Assembly (NCBI GenBank): GCA_964354085.1
Contig: CAYGYA010000065.1
Location: 1 to 61,427 of the forward strand
DNA from: an uncultured Methanosarcinales archaeon
GTDB taxonomy: Archaea > Nanobdellota > Nanobdellia > Woesearchaeales > SM23-78
DNA length: 61,427 nucleotides
Reading direction: 5' to 3'
Shown: in pieces, positions 37,019 to 46,371 of the stretch
Numbering within the stretch: the first letter of the stretch is position 1
How the letters are laid out: the number at the start of each line of letters is the position of its first letter
Program-made: the position numbers and the translations under genes
The notes under the pieces: generated by a model
Seen by the model: the letters and a program-made list of their open reading frames with translations, nothing else
What the model was told of the DNA's origin: nothing
Databases searched by the model: none

Positions 37019-37360
37019 TTAACTGGTTAATAAACCTCTCCTCTTAAAATCCGCAATGATTTCATCATAATCGTGAGCTTTTCGGAGTGCTTCCTGGAAC
37101 TTAGGGTTGTCATTCACCAGCCAAACAATGCCCTTGACGCTGATAAGTATTTTATTGCTTTTTTGGAGATAATCAAGTATATTGAGAAGAGTGCTATGAT
37201 TAATCTGTTTCGGAAGCTTCTTCTTCAGCTGAGAAACCTTAATGATGCTGTCATCCATGTTCTCCAATGCATTTTCTACCATGAGAATAGTGTTAAGCCT
37301 GGGAGAATGCGAAGGCTTGGGCTTTTCTGCTTTCTTCTTTTTCTGAACCATAATAATCAC
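37019..37360 (-). CDS. Putative cognate antitoxin / small wHTH protein (tentative)
   Basis: Sits 14 nt upstream of the toxin-like ORF on the same strand. Basic N-terminus and a helix-rich body. Confidence 0.35.
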   Translation of the reverse strand: MIIMVQKKKKAEKPKPSHSPRLNTILMVENALENMDDSIIKVSQLKKKLPKQINHSTLLNILDYLQKSNKILISVKGIVWLVNDNPKFQEALRKAHDYDEIIADFKRRGLLTS

Positions 37361-37462
37361 AAAAAGTTATTAATTGATAACAAATAGATACTAATTGGTA
37401 TTTAAAGGTTGTGGTTCTTACCTTCAATAACCTTTTTATATTCCACAGTTTACCTTTATGTC

Positions 37463-38572
37463 ATGAAATCCGAACTAACCTCACTAGACTTGCATTACCT
37501 GGTCAGGGAATTTCAGCAATTAGTAGGCGCAAGAGTAGACAAGATTTATGAGCAAGCTGAGGACAAAAAAGAATTCTTGTTTGTTTTTCACAAGCCTAGC
37601 ACTGGTAAGCTAATGCTGAGGATTCATCTGCCTAATCTTGCTTACCTGACTGATTACAAACAAACATTTCCCGAGACTCCGCCTGGTTTTTGCATGTTTC
37701 TGAGAAAACACCTGGCAAGCGGAAAGATTAAGGAAGTTAGACAAAGAGGTTTTGACAGGATTCTTGAGATTGTGTTTGACACAAAAGAAGGCCTTCGCTT
37801 CTTAATCTGCGAATTGTTCAGCAAAGGCAACATGGTATTAGTTGATGAGGATTACAAGATTAAAGGGCTTTTGGAATCCCAGAACTGGGAAGCCAGGACT
37901 GTCAGAGGAGGGACCAAGTATGAGTATCCTCCTGAGCAGCTTAATTCAACCAGCATAAGTGAAGCTCAATTCCGTGAAGCAATAAGTAATTCAAAGATGG
38001 ACTCAATTGTCAAAAGCCTTGCAGTTGATCTTGGCCTTGGAGGATTATACGCAGAAGAGCTTTGCAAGAGAGCAGGCGTTGATAAGGATAAGAAACAGGT
38101 TAGTGAGAATAAGTTTGAAGCATTATTCTCAGAACTATATTCTCTTTTTAATGAGCAGATAAAGGCCAATAAAGTAAATGACGAAATAGTCCCATTTTAT
38201 TTGAGCGTAGACGCTACTGGGCGAGTTGATTATCCCAGCTTTAGCAACGCGCTAGATGAGAATTTGACCGCTAAGTCTATGATGATTGCAGAGAACAAGC
38301 AGGCAAAGGAAAAGCAGACCAAGCAAGACAAAGTCAAACTTGTTATTGAGAAACAAGCAGCAAGATTAAAAGAATCAGAGCAGAGCATTATTGACAACCA
38401 GAGGAAAGGAGAGTTAATCTATGAGCATTATCAGGAAGTCAAGGAATTGCTTGGCAGCATTAATGCTGACAGGAAAAAGATGAGCTGGGAAGAATTAAAA
38501 AAGAAATATGCTAATAACAAATTAGTTAAAGGTATCGATGAGAATAAAGGACAGATACTTGTTGAATTCTGA
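37463..38572 (+). CDS. NFACT-N (Rqc2/FbpA-like) protein, short form lacking the C-terminal NFACT-R/DUF814 part
   Basis: MKSELTSLDLHYLVREFQQLVGARVDKIYE N-terminus, then a coiled-coil tail. The track ORF starts at TTG 37409; ATG 37463 is the likelier start. Confidence 0.65.
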   Translation: MKSELTSLDLHYLVREFQQLVGARVDKIYEQAEDKKEFLFVFHKPSTGKLMLRIHLPNLAYLTDYKQTFPETPPGFCMFLRKHLASGKIKEVRQRGFDRILEIVFDTKEGLRFLICELFSKGNMVLVDEDYKIKGLLESQNWEARTVRGGTKYEYPPEQLNSTSISEAQFREAISNSKMDSIVKSLAVDLGLGGLYAEELCKRAGVDKDKKQVSENKFEALFSELYSLFNEQIKANKVNDEIVPFYLSVDATGRVDYPSFSNALDENLTAKSMMIAENKQAKEKQTKQDKVKLVIEKQAARLKESEQSIIDNQRKGELIYEHYQEVKELLGSINADRKKMSWEELKKKYANNKLVKGIDENKGQILVEF

Positions 38573-38579
38573 TATTTTT

Positions 38580-39137
38580 TTATTCTCCTTCAAAATCAAC
38601 CAGGTTGAAGAGCGTGTAATCTAGAAGCTTTTCCCTGCCTTTTAATTCTGGCAATTCAACAACAAAGCAGCACTCAACAACTTTTCCGCCTAGTTTTTCA
38701 ACAAGCTTGATTGCTGCGCCAATTGTTCCGCCAGTTGCAATTAGGTCATCCACTATGAGCACTTTCTGCCCTTTCTTAATAGCATCCTCGTGAATCTCAA
38801 TAGTGCTTTTCCCATATTCTAATTCATATTCTTCTTTTATTGTCTTATAAGGTAACTTTCCAGGTTTTCTAATAGGCACAAAACCAACTCCTAGCATATA
38901 AGCAAGCACTGCTCCGAACACAAACCCTCTGCTCTCAATGCCTACAACAGCATCAATCTTCTTGTCCTTGTAGCGCTTGTAGAATGCATCGCAAGTCTTT
39001 TTGAAAGCTTTAGGGTCCTGCAGCAGGGTTGTGATGTCTCTGAACATTATCCCTTTTTTTGGAAAATGAGGAATAGTCCTGATGGAATCCTTGATTAGAT
39101 TCTTTTTTTCTTTTATTATTTTTTTATGTTTCATCAT
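38580..39137 (-). CDS. apt: Adenine phosphoribosyltransferase
   Basis: IRTIPHFPKKGIMFRDITTLL and the PRPP motif VLIVDDLIATGGT. Confidence 0.9.
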   Translation of the reverse strand: MMKHKKIIKEKKNLIKDSIRTIPHFPKKGIMFRDITTLLQDPKAFKKTCDAFYKRYKDKKIDAVVGIESRGFVFGAVLAYMLGVGFVPIRKPGKLPYKTIKEEYELEYGKSTIEIHEDAIKKGQKVLIVDDLIATGGTIGAAIKLVEKLGGKVVECCFVVELPELKGREKLLDYTLFNLVDFEGE

Positions 39138-39153
39138 TTTCCTTTGCTGACTA

Positions 39154-39903
39154 TTATTTTATCTTAGGAATAGTTGTTGTTAATAGCTTTGTGACTTTAG
39201 TTACATTCTCACCAAATACTTTTAGTATCTCTTCCCAGGTAACTGGCTTTTCATTTTTCTTCCAACTATCGAAGTCAGTACTCATGGCAACAGCCGCATA
39301 GGGTATGCCTGATTCATTGGCTAGTGCGCATTCTGGTGCAATGCTCATGTTAATCACATCAGCGCCCCATATCCTGAACATCTTGCTCTCTGCCTTGGTT
39401 GAGAATCTTGCTCCTTCAATAGTAATCACTGTGCCTTTTGAGTGATGCTTTAATTTTAGCTCTTTGCAACCATCAATTAATAGTGTTCTTAGCTTAGCAT
39501 TAAATGGCTCTGCCATGGTCGCATGCATTGGCTTATGAGGCTCGAACTGTTCATAAAAAGAAATATGCCTATGCCTTGTGAAATCAATGAACTGGTCAAG
39601 AATAACCAGGTCTCCGCGACCAATCTCTTCCCTAAGCGAACCACAAGCAGTAGTTGCTAATATGTGAGTACAGCCAGCTTCTTTCAAAGCCATTATGTTG
39701 GCTCTGTTATTGACGTGCGTTGGTGGGATTGTGTGCTCTCTTCCGTGCCTTGCTAGAAGAACAACATCAATTTTTCCTATCTTTCCAATCTTTAAAGGGC
39801 TGCTAGGCTTGCCGTGCGGTGTGTTTACCTCAACATCCTTTGCATTCTTCAGAATATCTGGATTGTCAAGTCCGCTGCCTCCGATAATGCCTATCTTTAC
39901 CAT
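39154..39903 (-). CDS. mtnP: S-methyl-5'-thioadenosine phosphorylase
   Basis: KIGIIGGSGL...LARHGREHTIPP...TTACGSL pattern of MTAP/PNP-family-2. Confidence 0.85.
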   Translation of the reverse strand: MVKIGIIGGSGLDNPDILKNAKDVEVNTPHGKPSSPLKIGKIGKIDVVLLARHGREHTIPPTHVNNRANIMALKEAGCTHILATTACGSLREEIGRGDLVILDQFIDFTRHRHISFYEQFEPHKPMHATMAEPFNAKLRTLLIDGCKELKLKHHSKGTVITIEGARFSTKAESKMFRIWGADVINMSIAPECALANESGIPYAAVAMSTDFDSWKKNEKPVTWEEILKVFGENVTKVTKLLTTTIPKIK

Positions 39904-39987
39904 TCTCTTGCTTCATGGATAATTGAATTATTCTTAAATCTTTTGCTAGAACAAACATTTATTAACCAATAGAATCTCCTCTTTATC

Positions 39988-40869
39988 ATGAATGTTTTCA
40001 TAGAAAGGTACAAGCAACTAGGTGAAGAATTTAACCTGGAAGAAATCAATCTTAAGCCTGCTCTTAGGATTAACACTCTTAAGATAAAAGATGCTGAGCT
40101 TATCAAAAGGATTAATGCCAAGCTTACCAAGATCGCTTTCCTGAAGCACGGTTATTATTATGAGTCAGATTATGCTGTTGGAGCAATGCCTGAATACTTG
40201 CAGGGCTATTATTATTTGCAAGAAACAGCCAGCCAGTTGCCTGCGGAAATACTTATGCCAGAAGAAAATGATTTGGTGCTGGACATGTGCGCTGCTCCTG
40301 GAAGCAAGACAACACAACTAGCAATGATGATGAACAACAAAGGAAGAATAATCGCTCTTGAGCTTAACAACCCCAGGCTTCCAAGCTTGCAGAACAACCT
40401 TGAAAGGTGCGGAGTAACAAACACTATTGTTTACAAGAAAGATGCACGTTATGCAGATGACTTGAATATGGAATTTGACAAAATACTTCTTGATGCTCCT
40501 TGCTCTGGTAATTTTGCAAATGATGAGAATTGGTTCGAGGAACGAAAATTAGAAGATTTAAGACAAATGAGCAAGACTCAAAGGCAGCTCTTGGAATCAG
40601 CACTTAATGTTCTCAAACCAGGTGGAATCATAGTTTATTCAACCTGCTCCTTAGAGCCAGAAGAGAATGAGATGAACATTGACTGGCTATTAAAAACCCA
40701 TAAAAATGTTTCTCTTGAAAAGATTAATCTTGAAATAGGAGCCCCTGGTCTGACGAATGTTTTTGGCCAAGAATTAGATAAAGAAATATCAAAATGCAAA
40801 AGGTTATGGCCTCACAAGGCAGGGACACAAGGGTTTTTCTTAGCGAAGCTGAGAAAAGCTCAAAAATAG
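39988..40869 (+). CDS. NOL1/NOP2/Sun-family RNA cytosine-C5 methyltransferase
   Basis: DMCAAPGSKT (SAM), DAPCSG and YSTCS catalytic Cys motifs. Confidence 0.85.
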   Translation: MNVFIERYKQLGEEFNLEEINLKPALRINTLKIKDAELIKRINAKLTKIAFLKHGYYYESDYAVGAMPEYLQGYYYLQETASQLPAEILMPEENDLVLDMCAAPGSKTTQLAMMMNNKGRIIALELNNPRLPSLQNNLERCGVTNTIVYKKDARYADDLNMEFDKILLDAPCSGNFANDENWFEERKLEDLRQMSKTQRQLLESALNVLKPGGIIVYSTCSLEPEENEMNIDWLLKTHKNVSLEKINLEIGAPGLTNVFGQELDKEISKCKRLWPHKAGTQGFFLAKLRKAQK

Positions 40870-40940
40870 AATATTTTTGTTGTTCTTTATTGCTAAGATT
40901 CGTAAAATTAATAAAACCCTAAATTAACTTACTATTTGAG

Positions 40941-41306
40941 ATGAATCTTGGTTCAGAGACTAATATTATGTATATCGTGCCGTATGTAGGTAGAACTTTT
41001 AAGACAGACAATAAGTCTAATTACACTTTGACTCCAGATGGGAAAATTAGTGGCAGAGCCAGCATTGAAGGTGCAGATATTAAATATGTTGTTGGAGTAG
41101 CATATAACATAGCTGAGGATTTAAAAAAATGCCTTACCCCGTCAGTTCCAAAATCCGAGTTTGACAAGATGATTCAAGAGCATGGCCAGGAGCCAAGAGA
41201 AGGGCTTTGCTTGGTGGTGAGCTTGACTTCCAGGTCAGCTGAGGAGAAAAATAGAAAAGGCATTGTTACCAGCGTTATAATTGGTGTAGATCCTCCCTTG
41301 CATTAA
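40941..41306 (+). CDS. Hypothetical protein
   Basis: ORF only. Confidence 0.35.
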   Translation: MNLGSETNIMYIVPYVGRTFKTDNKSNYTLTPDGKISGRASIEGADIKYVVGVAYNIAEDLKKCLTPSVPKSEFDKMIQEHGQEPREGLCLVVSLTSRSAEEKNRKGIVTSVIIGVDPPLH

Positions 41307-41411
41307 TTAAAACATTTCTGTTTTAGCTGGAATTTCTCCGATTTTTCATAATAGCATTATTTTAAGCACCTCATTACTTATTCTCATCAAAAGAACACGA
41401 GGTGATTCAAT

Positions 41412-41648
41412 ATGGGATTAAGCAGTAAGAAAGAAGAGCAGCTCAGAAGAATGCCGCTCATCCAGAACAGGATAAAAGCGAGCAAGAACGGCAGGTACAT
41501 CATACAGCAGACAGTAATAACCAGCATCAAGCCAATAGAGTACTACAACGCCATACTGGCAAACACTGTGAAAGTCACAGACGAGCCTCTTGGCGATGAT
41601 GAGCTCATGATGGAGGATGGTGCAGAGCTTGCCAGAAAGATGAAGTGA
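41412..41648 (+). CDS. Hypothetical small protein
   Basis: ORF with SD-like GAGGTGA upstream. Confidence 0.4.
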   Translation: MGLSSKKEEQLRRMPLIQNRIKASKNGRYIIQQTVITSIKPIEYYNAILANTVKVTDEPLGDDELMMEDGAELARKMK

Positions 41649-41703
41649 TAAAATAATTTTTCTTTTTTTTGTTTTTTATATATGAATTGAGATTAGGAAA
41701 GTA

Positions 41704-41815
41704 GGACAGCTTTCCGGGTCTCCCACACGTAAGTGCAGTACGCCCCGGAACGTGTGCGTGCTTAACTTCTGTGTTCGAAATGGGAACAGGTGTAACCACG
41801 CAGCTATGACCGTCC
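41704..41815 (-). rRNA. rrf: 5S ribosomal RNA
   Basis: The reverse complement reads GGACGGTCATAGCTGCGTGGTTACACCTGTTCCCATTTCGAACACAGAAGTTAAGCACGC...GGGAGACCCGGAAAGCTGTCC. It has the conserved CCCATTTCGAAC...GAAGTTAAGC core and terminal helix GGACGG/CTGTCC. TATA-like TTTTAAAT lies about 25 nt upstream. Ends are accurate to about +/-3 nt. Confidence 0.9.
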
Positions 41816-41917
41816 AATATCCCAGGAGATATTTACCATTTAAAAAGGTTATTGTTTTTTCGGTTTATATTCTGCTTTAGTTAAATTTAAATAGAATAAT
41901 GCTTATTTCTCTTATTT

Positions 41918-42160
41918 ATGAAATGGCACTATCTTATTTTACTTGCTTTATTGCTTTCAGGCTGTGCTCCTCCATGTAAAAACAGGGATACGTCAGGTTG
42001 TGACCGCTCATGTATGACTGATGATGATTGCATATGCTCTTGTGATTGTGGTTGCATTAATATCAATGAGAAATGCACAACTAATGATATCAGATGTGAC
42101 CGAGGTCCTGGACTTCCTTATTGCGATAATGGTATGTGTAAAAGCAAATATCCCTCTTAA
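41918..42160 (+). CDS. Small cysteine-rich putative lipoprotein
   Basis: Lipobox-like LLLSGC after a hydrophobic signal. 13 Cys in 80 aa. Confidence 0.55.
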   Translation: MKWHYLILLALLLSGCAPPCKNRDTSGCDRSCMTDDDCICSCDCGCININEKCTTNDIRCDRGPGLPYCDNGMCKSKYPS

Positions 42161-42206
42161 TATCAATTAGACTAACTACTACATGCTTCTTAACATTTTT
42201 CTTGTC

Positions 42207-42331
42207 GGTTGGCACCCGGCTTCGGCGCACTGTTGTTTTTTAGTGCTTCGGCTCCCCGTAAGGGGCATGTCCCCCTCCTTCGTGTTAGATGTTTTTTATA
42301 ATTGAAGCCTTTGCATAAAATGGTGCCAACC
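42207..42331 (+). ncRNA. Candidate structured ncRNA (GC-rich island closed by a 10-bp helix)
   Basis: GGTTGGCACC (42207-42216) is perfectly complementary to GGTGCCAACC (42322-42331). Inside are GC-UUCG-GC twice, CCCC-GUAA-GGGG and GCACT/AGTGC. A T6 run lies at about 42291. The island is GC-rich against an AT-rich intergenic background. Confidence 0.4.
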
Positions 42332-42437
42332 TTGGAAACCTTGCAGAACCTCCTTCCACAAGCTTTAAAAACACTCTTTCTCCTCTTTCTATTGATAGTA
42401 ATATTATTCCTATTTGGCTTAAAAAGGAGGTTTTAAT

Positions 42438-43748
42438 ATGAAGCTTTTATTCATAGGTAGCGGTTATGTAGGATTGGTCAGCGGCGTCGGCTTTGCTGAC
42501 CTTGGTAATGATGTTGTTTGCCTGGATGTTGATGAGAAAAAGATTGAAACTCTCAATCAAGGAAAAGTCCACTTTTATGAGCTGGGCTTAAGAGACCTGG
42601 TTGAGAGGAATGCAAGGCTCGGAAGATTAAAGTTCACAACAGATTATGAGAAGTCTGTCAAAGAAGCAGATGTAATCTTTATTTGCGTTGGCACTCCTCC
42701 TAAAGCTAACGGAGAGGCTGATATGGGCTTTTTCTATTCTGCCGCTGAGAACATTGGCAAGTACATGGATTCTTACAAAGTGATTGTTGATAAGAGCACT
42801 GTTCCTGTCGGCACTGCTGAGAAAGTCAAGAAGATTATTAGCGAAGAGTTAATGAAAAGAAACAAGCTTATTGAATTTGATGTGGTGAGCAACCCAGAAT
42901 TCCTGAGAGAAGGAGCTGCTATCAAGGATTTCCAGAATCCAGAAAGGATTATTATTGGAACTACGAGCGAGAAGGCAAAAGAGATTATTTCTAAGCTTTA
43001 CAAAGTCTTGAGCAGGACTGACAAGCCTATCCTCTTCACTACTGAGAAGAATGCAGAGCTCATAAAGTATGCTGCCAATGCAATGCTTGCAACCAGGATT
43101 AGTTTCATGAATGAGTTCAGCCAGCTGTGCGAGCACATCGGCGCAGACATAAAAGTAGTTGCCAAGGGCATTGGCTTGGACACAAGGATTGGACCAAGAT
43201 TCTTGCAAGCAGGCTGCGGCTATGGAGGAAGCTGCTTCCCAAAAGATGTCAAAGCTCTCAGCCAGATGCTTGAGCAGTATGGCTTGACCTCTAACCTGAT
43301 GAGAACTGTTGATTACATTAATGAGAGGCAGAAGAGAAGCATTGTGCCTAAACTTAAGAAGTTCCTGCCAGCTCTTGAAGGCAAGACCATTGCTATTTGG
43401 GGCATTGCTTTTAAGCCAAGGACAGACGATATCAGAGAAGCTCCAAGCCTGACTGTGATTGACCAGCTGCTAAAAGAAGAAGCTATTGTCAGAGCCTATG
43501 ATCCAGAGGGAATGGAAAATGCAAAGAGCGTTTTCAAGAAAGGAGTGTATTTTGCAGCCAATGGCTATGAGGCATTAGAAGGAGCAGATGCACTCATTAT
43601 CCTTACTGAGTGGGATGAATTCAGAGAGCCTGACTTTGAGAAGATGAAACAGCTCATGAAGCAGCACATCATAATTGACGGCAGGAATATCTATGAGCCT
43701 GCTGATATTGAAAAGCTAGGCTTTGAGTACAAGGGAGTTGGGAGGTAA
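42438..43748 (+). CDS. ugd: UDP-glucose 6-dehydrogenase
   Basis: FIGSGYVGLVSG Rossmann N-terminus and the catalytic GGSCFPKD motif. Strong SD AAGGAGGT. Confidence 0.9.
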   Translation: MKLLFIGSGYVGLVSGVGFADLGNDVVCLDVDEKKIETLNQGKVHFYELGLRDLVERNARLGRLKFTTDYEKSVKEADVIFICVGTPPKANGEADMGFFYSAAENIGKYMDSYKVIVDKSTVPVGTAEKVKKIISEELMKRNKLIEFDVVSNPEFLREGAAIKDFQNPERIIIGTTSEKAKEIISKLYKVLSRTDKPILFTTEKNAELIKYAANAMLATRISFMNEFSQLCEHIGADIKVVAKGIGLDTRIGPRFLQAGCGYGGSCFPKDVKALSQMLEQYGLTSNLMRTVDYINERQKRSIVPKLKKFLPALEGKTIAIWGIAFKPRTDDIREAPSLTVIDQLLKEEAIVRAYDPEGMENAKSVFKKGVYFAANGYEALEGADALIILTEWDEFREPDFEKMKQLMKQHIIIDGRNIYEPADIEKLGFEYKGVGR

Positions 43749-45236
43749 ATGTCCTATACTAAGCGTGCTGTCAGGGCATTCATACTTGTTTTTGTAATCA
43801 ACATAATAGCTGCTTTTCTAGGCTATCTTATAAGAATAGTTCTTGCTAGGAATTTGACTGTGGCAGAGTACGGCTTGTTCTTCTCAGTGTTCACGCTGAT
43901 AAGCTTATTGTCAGTCTTCATAGGCTTTGGAATGATTGAATCCCTGGTGAAGTATATACCGGAATTTTTAGTGAGAAAAAAGCATGACAAGATAAAAAAT
44001 TCCATTGCCATAACCCTGATTGCATCATTAGGCTCAGTCGCAGTTCTCGCAATCATCCTCATATTATCATCTGATTTCCTGGCTAAGAATTACTTCAAGG
44101 TCGCATTTGCAAAGCAGGTGATGATCTTTTTCATAATCATAATGCTGTTCTCAAACCTTAGGTGGATAGTAAGGTCAATATTTCAGGCATTCCAGAGAAT
44201 GACTGCTTATTCCATTATGTATCTTACAGAGAACATACTAATACTAGCCCTGTTGCTATATTTCTTTGCAATTAAAAAAAACCTATACAGCGTATTTTAT
44301 TCCCACATCTTAGCCTATGTTGTGATTTTAATTGTCTTTTCTTTTGTCCTTTTCAGGGTTTTTAACTTCTTCAATCATAAGCTGTCATTAAAAAAAGAGC
44401 TGGCAGTGACATTGCTCAGTTTCGGGCTGCCAGTGATGCTCTCTGGCATTGGCGGAACAATTATTATCTATGTTGACACACTAATCTTGACGTACTTTCG
44501 GAGCATAGAAGAAGTAGGCATATATAACGTTGTAGTTCCGACAGTGATGCTGTTTCAGTTCTTTGCCTCATCTATCGCTACTGTTATCTTTCCCATGGTC
44601 TCAGAGTTATGGGTAAAGAATAAAAAACAATACCTCGCTTCAGGACTAAAGATACTCTATCAGTATGCTTTTGTAATACTTGTGCCCATGACTTTGATAG
44701 CCTTGTCTTTTTCTAAGGCTATATTACATATCATGTTTGGCGAGTCTTATATAGCAGGGGCTGTTGCTATGCAAATTCTCCTTATAGCAATAATGTTCTT
44801 AGGATTGTATTCTATTACCTCGATCATCTTAAGCGGCATAGGCAAGCCAGCCATAGGAACCAAGATACTCCTTGAAGGTGCACTCATCAATTTTATAATT
44901 AACTTGTTCATAATACCCTTGCTGGGCATGGTAGGAGCGGCAATAGCTTCACTCATTACATATGCCTATGTCGCCATAAGATGCATGCTGAAAATAAGAG
45001 AATTTATTGAGGTCCAAATTCCTTGGAAAGCCTGGCTTAGAACCTTTATTGCAGGCATGCTCATGTTAGGATTAATAGTTATCCTAAGTAAACTGCTTGT
45101 TTCAAGTATTTATCTGACAGCTGCAATATGCATTGTTTCAGGAGGATTATTCTATCTTGCCTTGATATTTATTTTCAAGATTATCAATATCAATGAAATT
45201 AAGGATTTAGCAAAGCATATCTCTCTAAGAAAGTGA
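43749..45236 (+). CDS. Polysaccharide/oligosaccharide flippase (Wzx, MOP superfamily)
   Basis: About 14 TM segments over 495 aa. The start abuts the ugd stop. Confidence 0.7.
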   Translation: MSYTKRAVRAFILVFVINIIAAFLGYLIRIVLARNLTVAEYGLFFSVFTLISLLSVFIGFGMIESLVKYIPEFLVRKKHDKIKNSIAITLIASLGSVAVLAIILILSSDFLAKNYFKVAFAKQVMIFFIIIMLFSNLRWIVRSIFQAFQRMTAYSIMYLTENILILALLLYFFAIKKNLYSVFYSHILAYVVILIVFSFVLFRVFNFFNHKLSLKKELAVTLLSFGLPVMLSGIGGTIIIYVDTLILTYFRSIEEVGIYNVVVPTVMLFQFFASSIATVIFPMVSELWVKNKKQYLASGLKILYQYAFVILVPMTLIALSFSKAILHIMFGESYIAGAVAMQILLIAIMFLGLYSITSIILSGIGKPAIGTKILLEGALINFIINLFIIPLLGMVGAAIASLITYAYVAIRCMLKIREFIEVQIPWKAWLRTFIAGMLMLGLIVILSKLLVSSIYLTAAICIVSGGLFYLALIFIFKIININEIKDLAKHISLRK

Positions 45237-45274
45237 ACACTGCTACTCTATTATTCCATCTCATCAAAGCAATA

Positions 45275-46297
45275 TCAGACAATCTGTTGCTGGCGCAGAA
45301 TCTTTCTTATATCATCTTTTGAGATTAAGGGTATGTTTCCTGAATTATAGTCTTTGTGGTTAGCATTGTTATTCTTTTTCTGAATCTTCTTCTTGCCATA
45401 ATCTGCTAATATTGAATTATACAACACCAGCATTTCCTCATTTTCAACCATATATTCTGCTTCTTCTGCAGTCATCAGGGATTCGTGGATCTTTTCCCCT
45501 GGCCTGACTCCAATGATTTTTATTTCAATCTTTTTCGGGTCATGATTATATTTTGGCGCCAATTCCTCAATCATCACTTCTGCCAAATCAATTATTTTTA
45601 AGGCTTTCATTTTTAATATGAAGGTCTCTCCTTTTTTTGCCATTTCAGCAGTCTTCAGTACAAGCCTAACTGCTTCGCTCATGCTCATGAAGAAACGTGT
45701 CATCTCTTTGGAAGTAATAGTGACAGGCCCTCCATTCTCAATCTGCCTCTTAAAAATCGGTATAACTGAGCCGACTGAGTTCAGCACATTGCCAAACCTA
45801 ACGCAGCAGAATACGCAAGGGGAAAAGCCAATAGGCGCGCTTGTTACCAGTTTCTCGCTCATCAGCTTGGTGGCTCCCAGGGTGTTAATAGGATTAACTG
45901 CCTTGTCAGTTGATATGCCTATGAAAATCTTGACCTGGTGATGTATTGCTGCTTCAATAAGGTTCTGGGTTCCTGTGATATTGGTCTGGACTGCCTCAAA
46001 AGGATTGTATTCGCAGAACGGGACGTGCTTAAGCGCAGCTGCGTGGAACACGATGTCTACTTTTTCCATGGCCCGCATTACACGATCTTTGTCCCTTATG
46101 TCTCCGACAAGGTTTCTTATCAGATGCATCTTATCTGGCGGAATCTCCTGATTAATCCTGAAATGGCCACCTTCGTCATGGTCAAGTATCCTTACTCTGT
46201 CAGGCTCGCACTTGAGCAATTGTTTTACTATCTCTGAGCCTATGGAGCCTGTCCCTCCTGTCACAAGAATGTCTTTTCCCTTGAAAATGTTAGTCAT
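45275..46297 (-). CDS. UDP-GlcNAc 4,6-dehydratase (CapD/PseB/PglF family short-chain dehydratase)
   Basis: KDILVTGGTGSIGSEIVKQLL Rossmann motif. Size is about 340 aa. Set in a nonulosonic-acid gene context. Confidence 0.75.
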   Translation of the reverse strand: MTNIFKGKDILVTGGTGSIGSEIVKQLLKCEPDRVRILDHDEGGHFRINQEIPPDKMHLIRNLVGDIRDKDRVMRAMEKVDIVFHAAALKHVPFCEYNPFEAVQTNITGTQNLIEAAIHHQVKIFIGISTDKAVNPINTLGATKLMSEKLVTSAPIGFSPCVFCCVRFGNVLNSVGSVIPIFKRQIENGGPVTITSKEMTRFFMSMSEAVRLVLKTAEMAKKGETFILKMKALKIIDLAEVMIEELAPKYNHDPKKIEIKIIGVRPGEKIHESLMTAEEAEYMVENEEMLVLYNSILADYGKKKIQKKNNNANHKDYNSGNIPLISKDDIRKILRQQQIV

Positions 46298-46371
46298 ATT
46301 TTTCTCCTCCGATTCATGTTTTTTTTATGATTCTTAATTTATTTTATGTAATCATTATTTTATTTTTATTA

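Noticed and set aside
41605-41817. 70-aa minus-strand ORF
   Set aside because: It coincides with the 5S rRNA gene, so its reading frame is an artefact of the rRNA sequence.
42348-42431. Exact 8-nt anti-SD (ACCTCCTT, 42348-42355) complementary to the ugd SD (AAGGAGGT, 42424-42431), considered as a translational switch
   Set aside because: A TATA-like CTTTAAAAAC (42363-42372) lies between them. The ugd transcript therefore probably starts downstream of the anti-SD. This cannot be resolved without 5'-end data.
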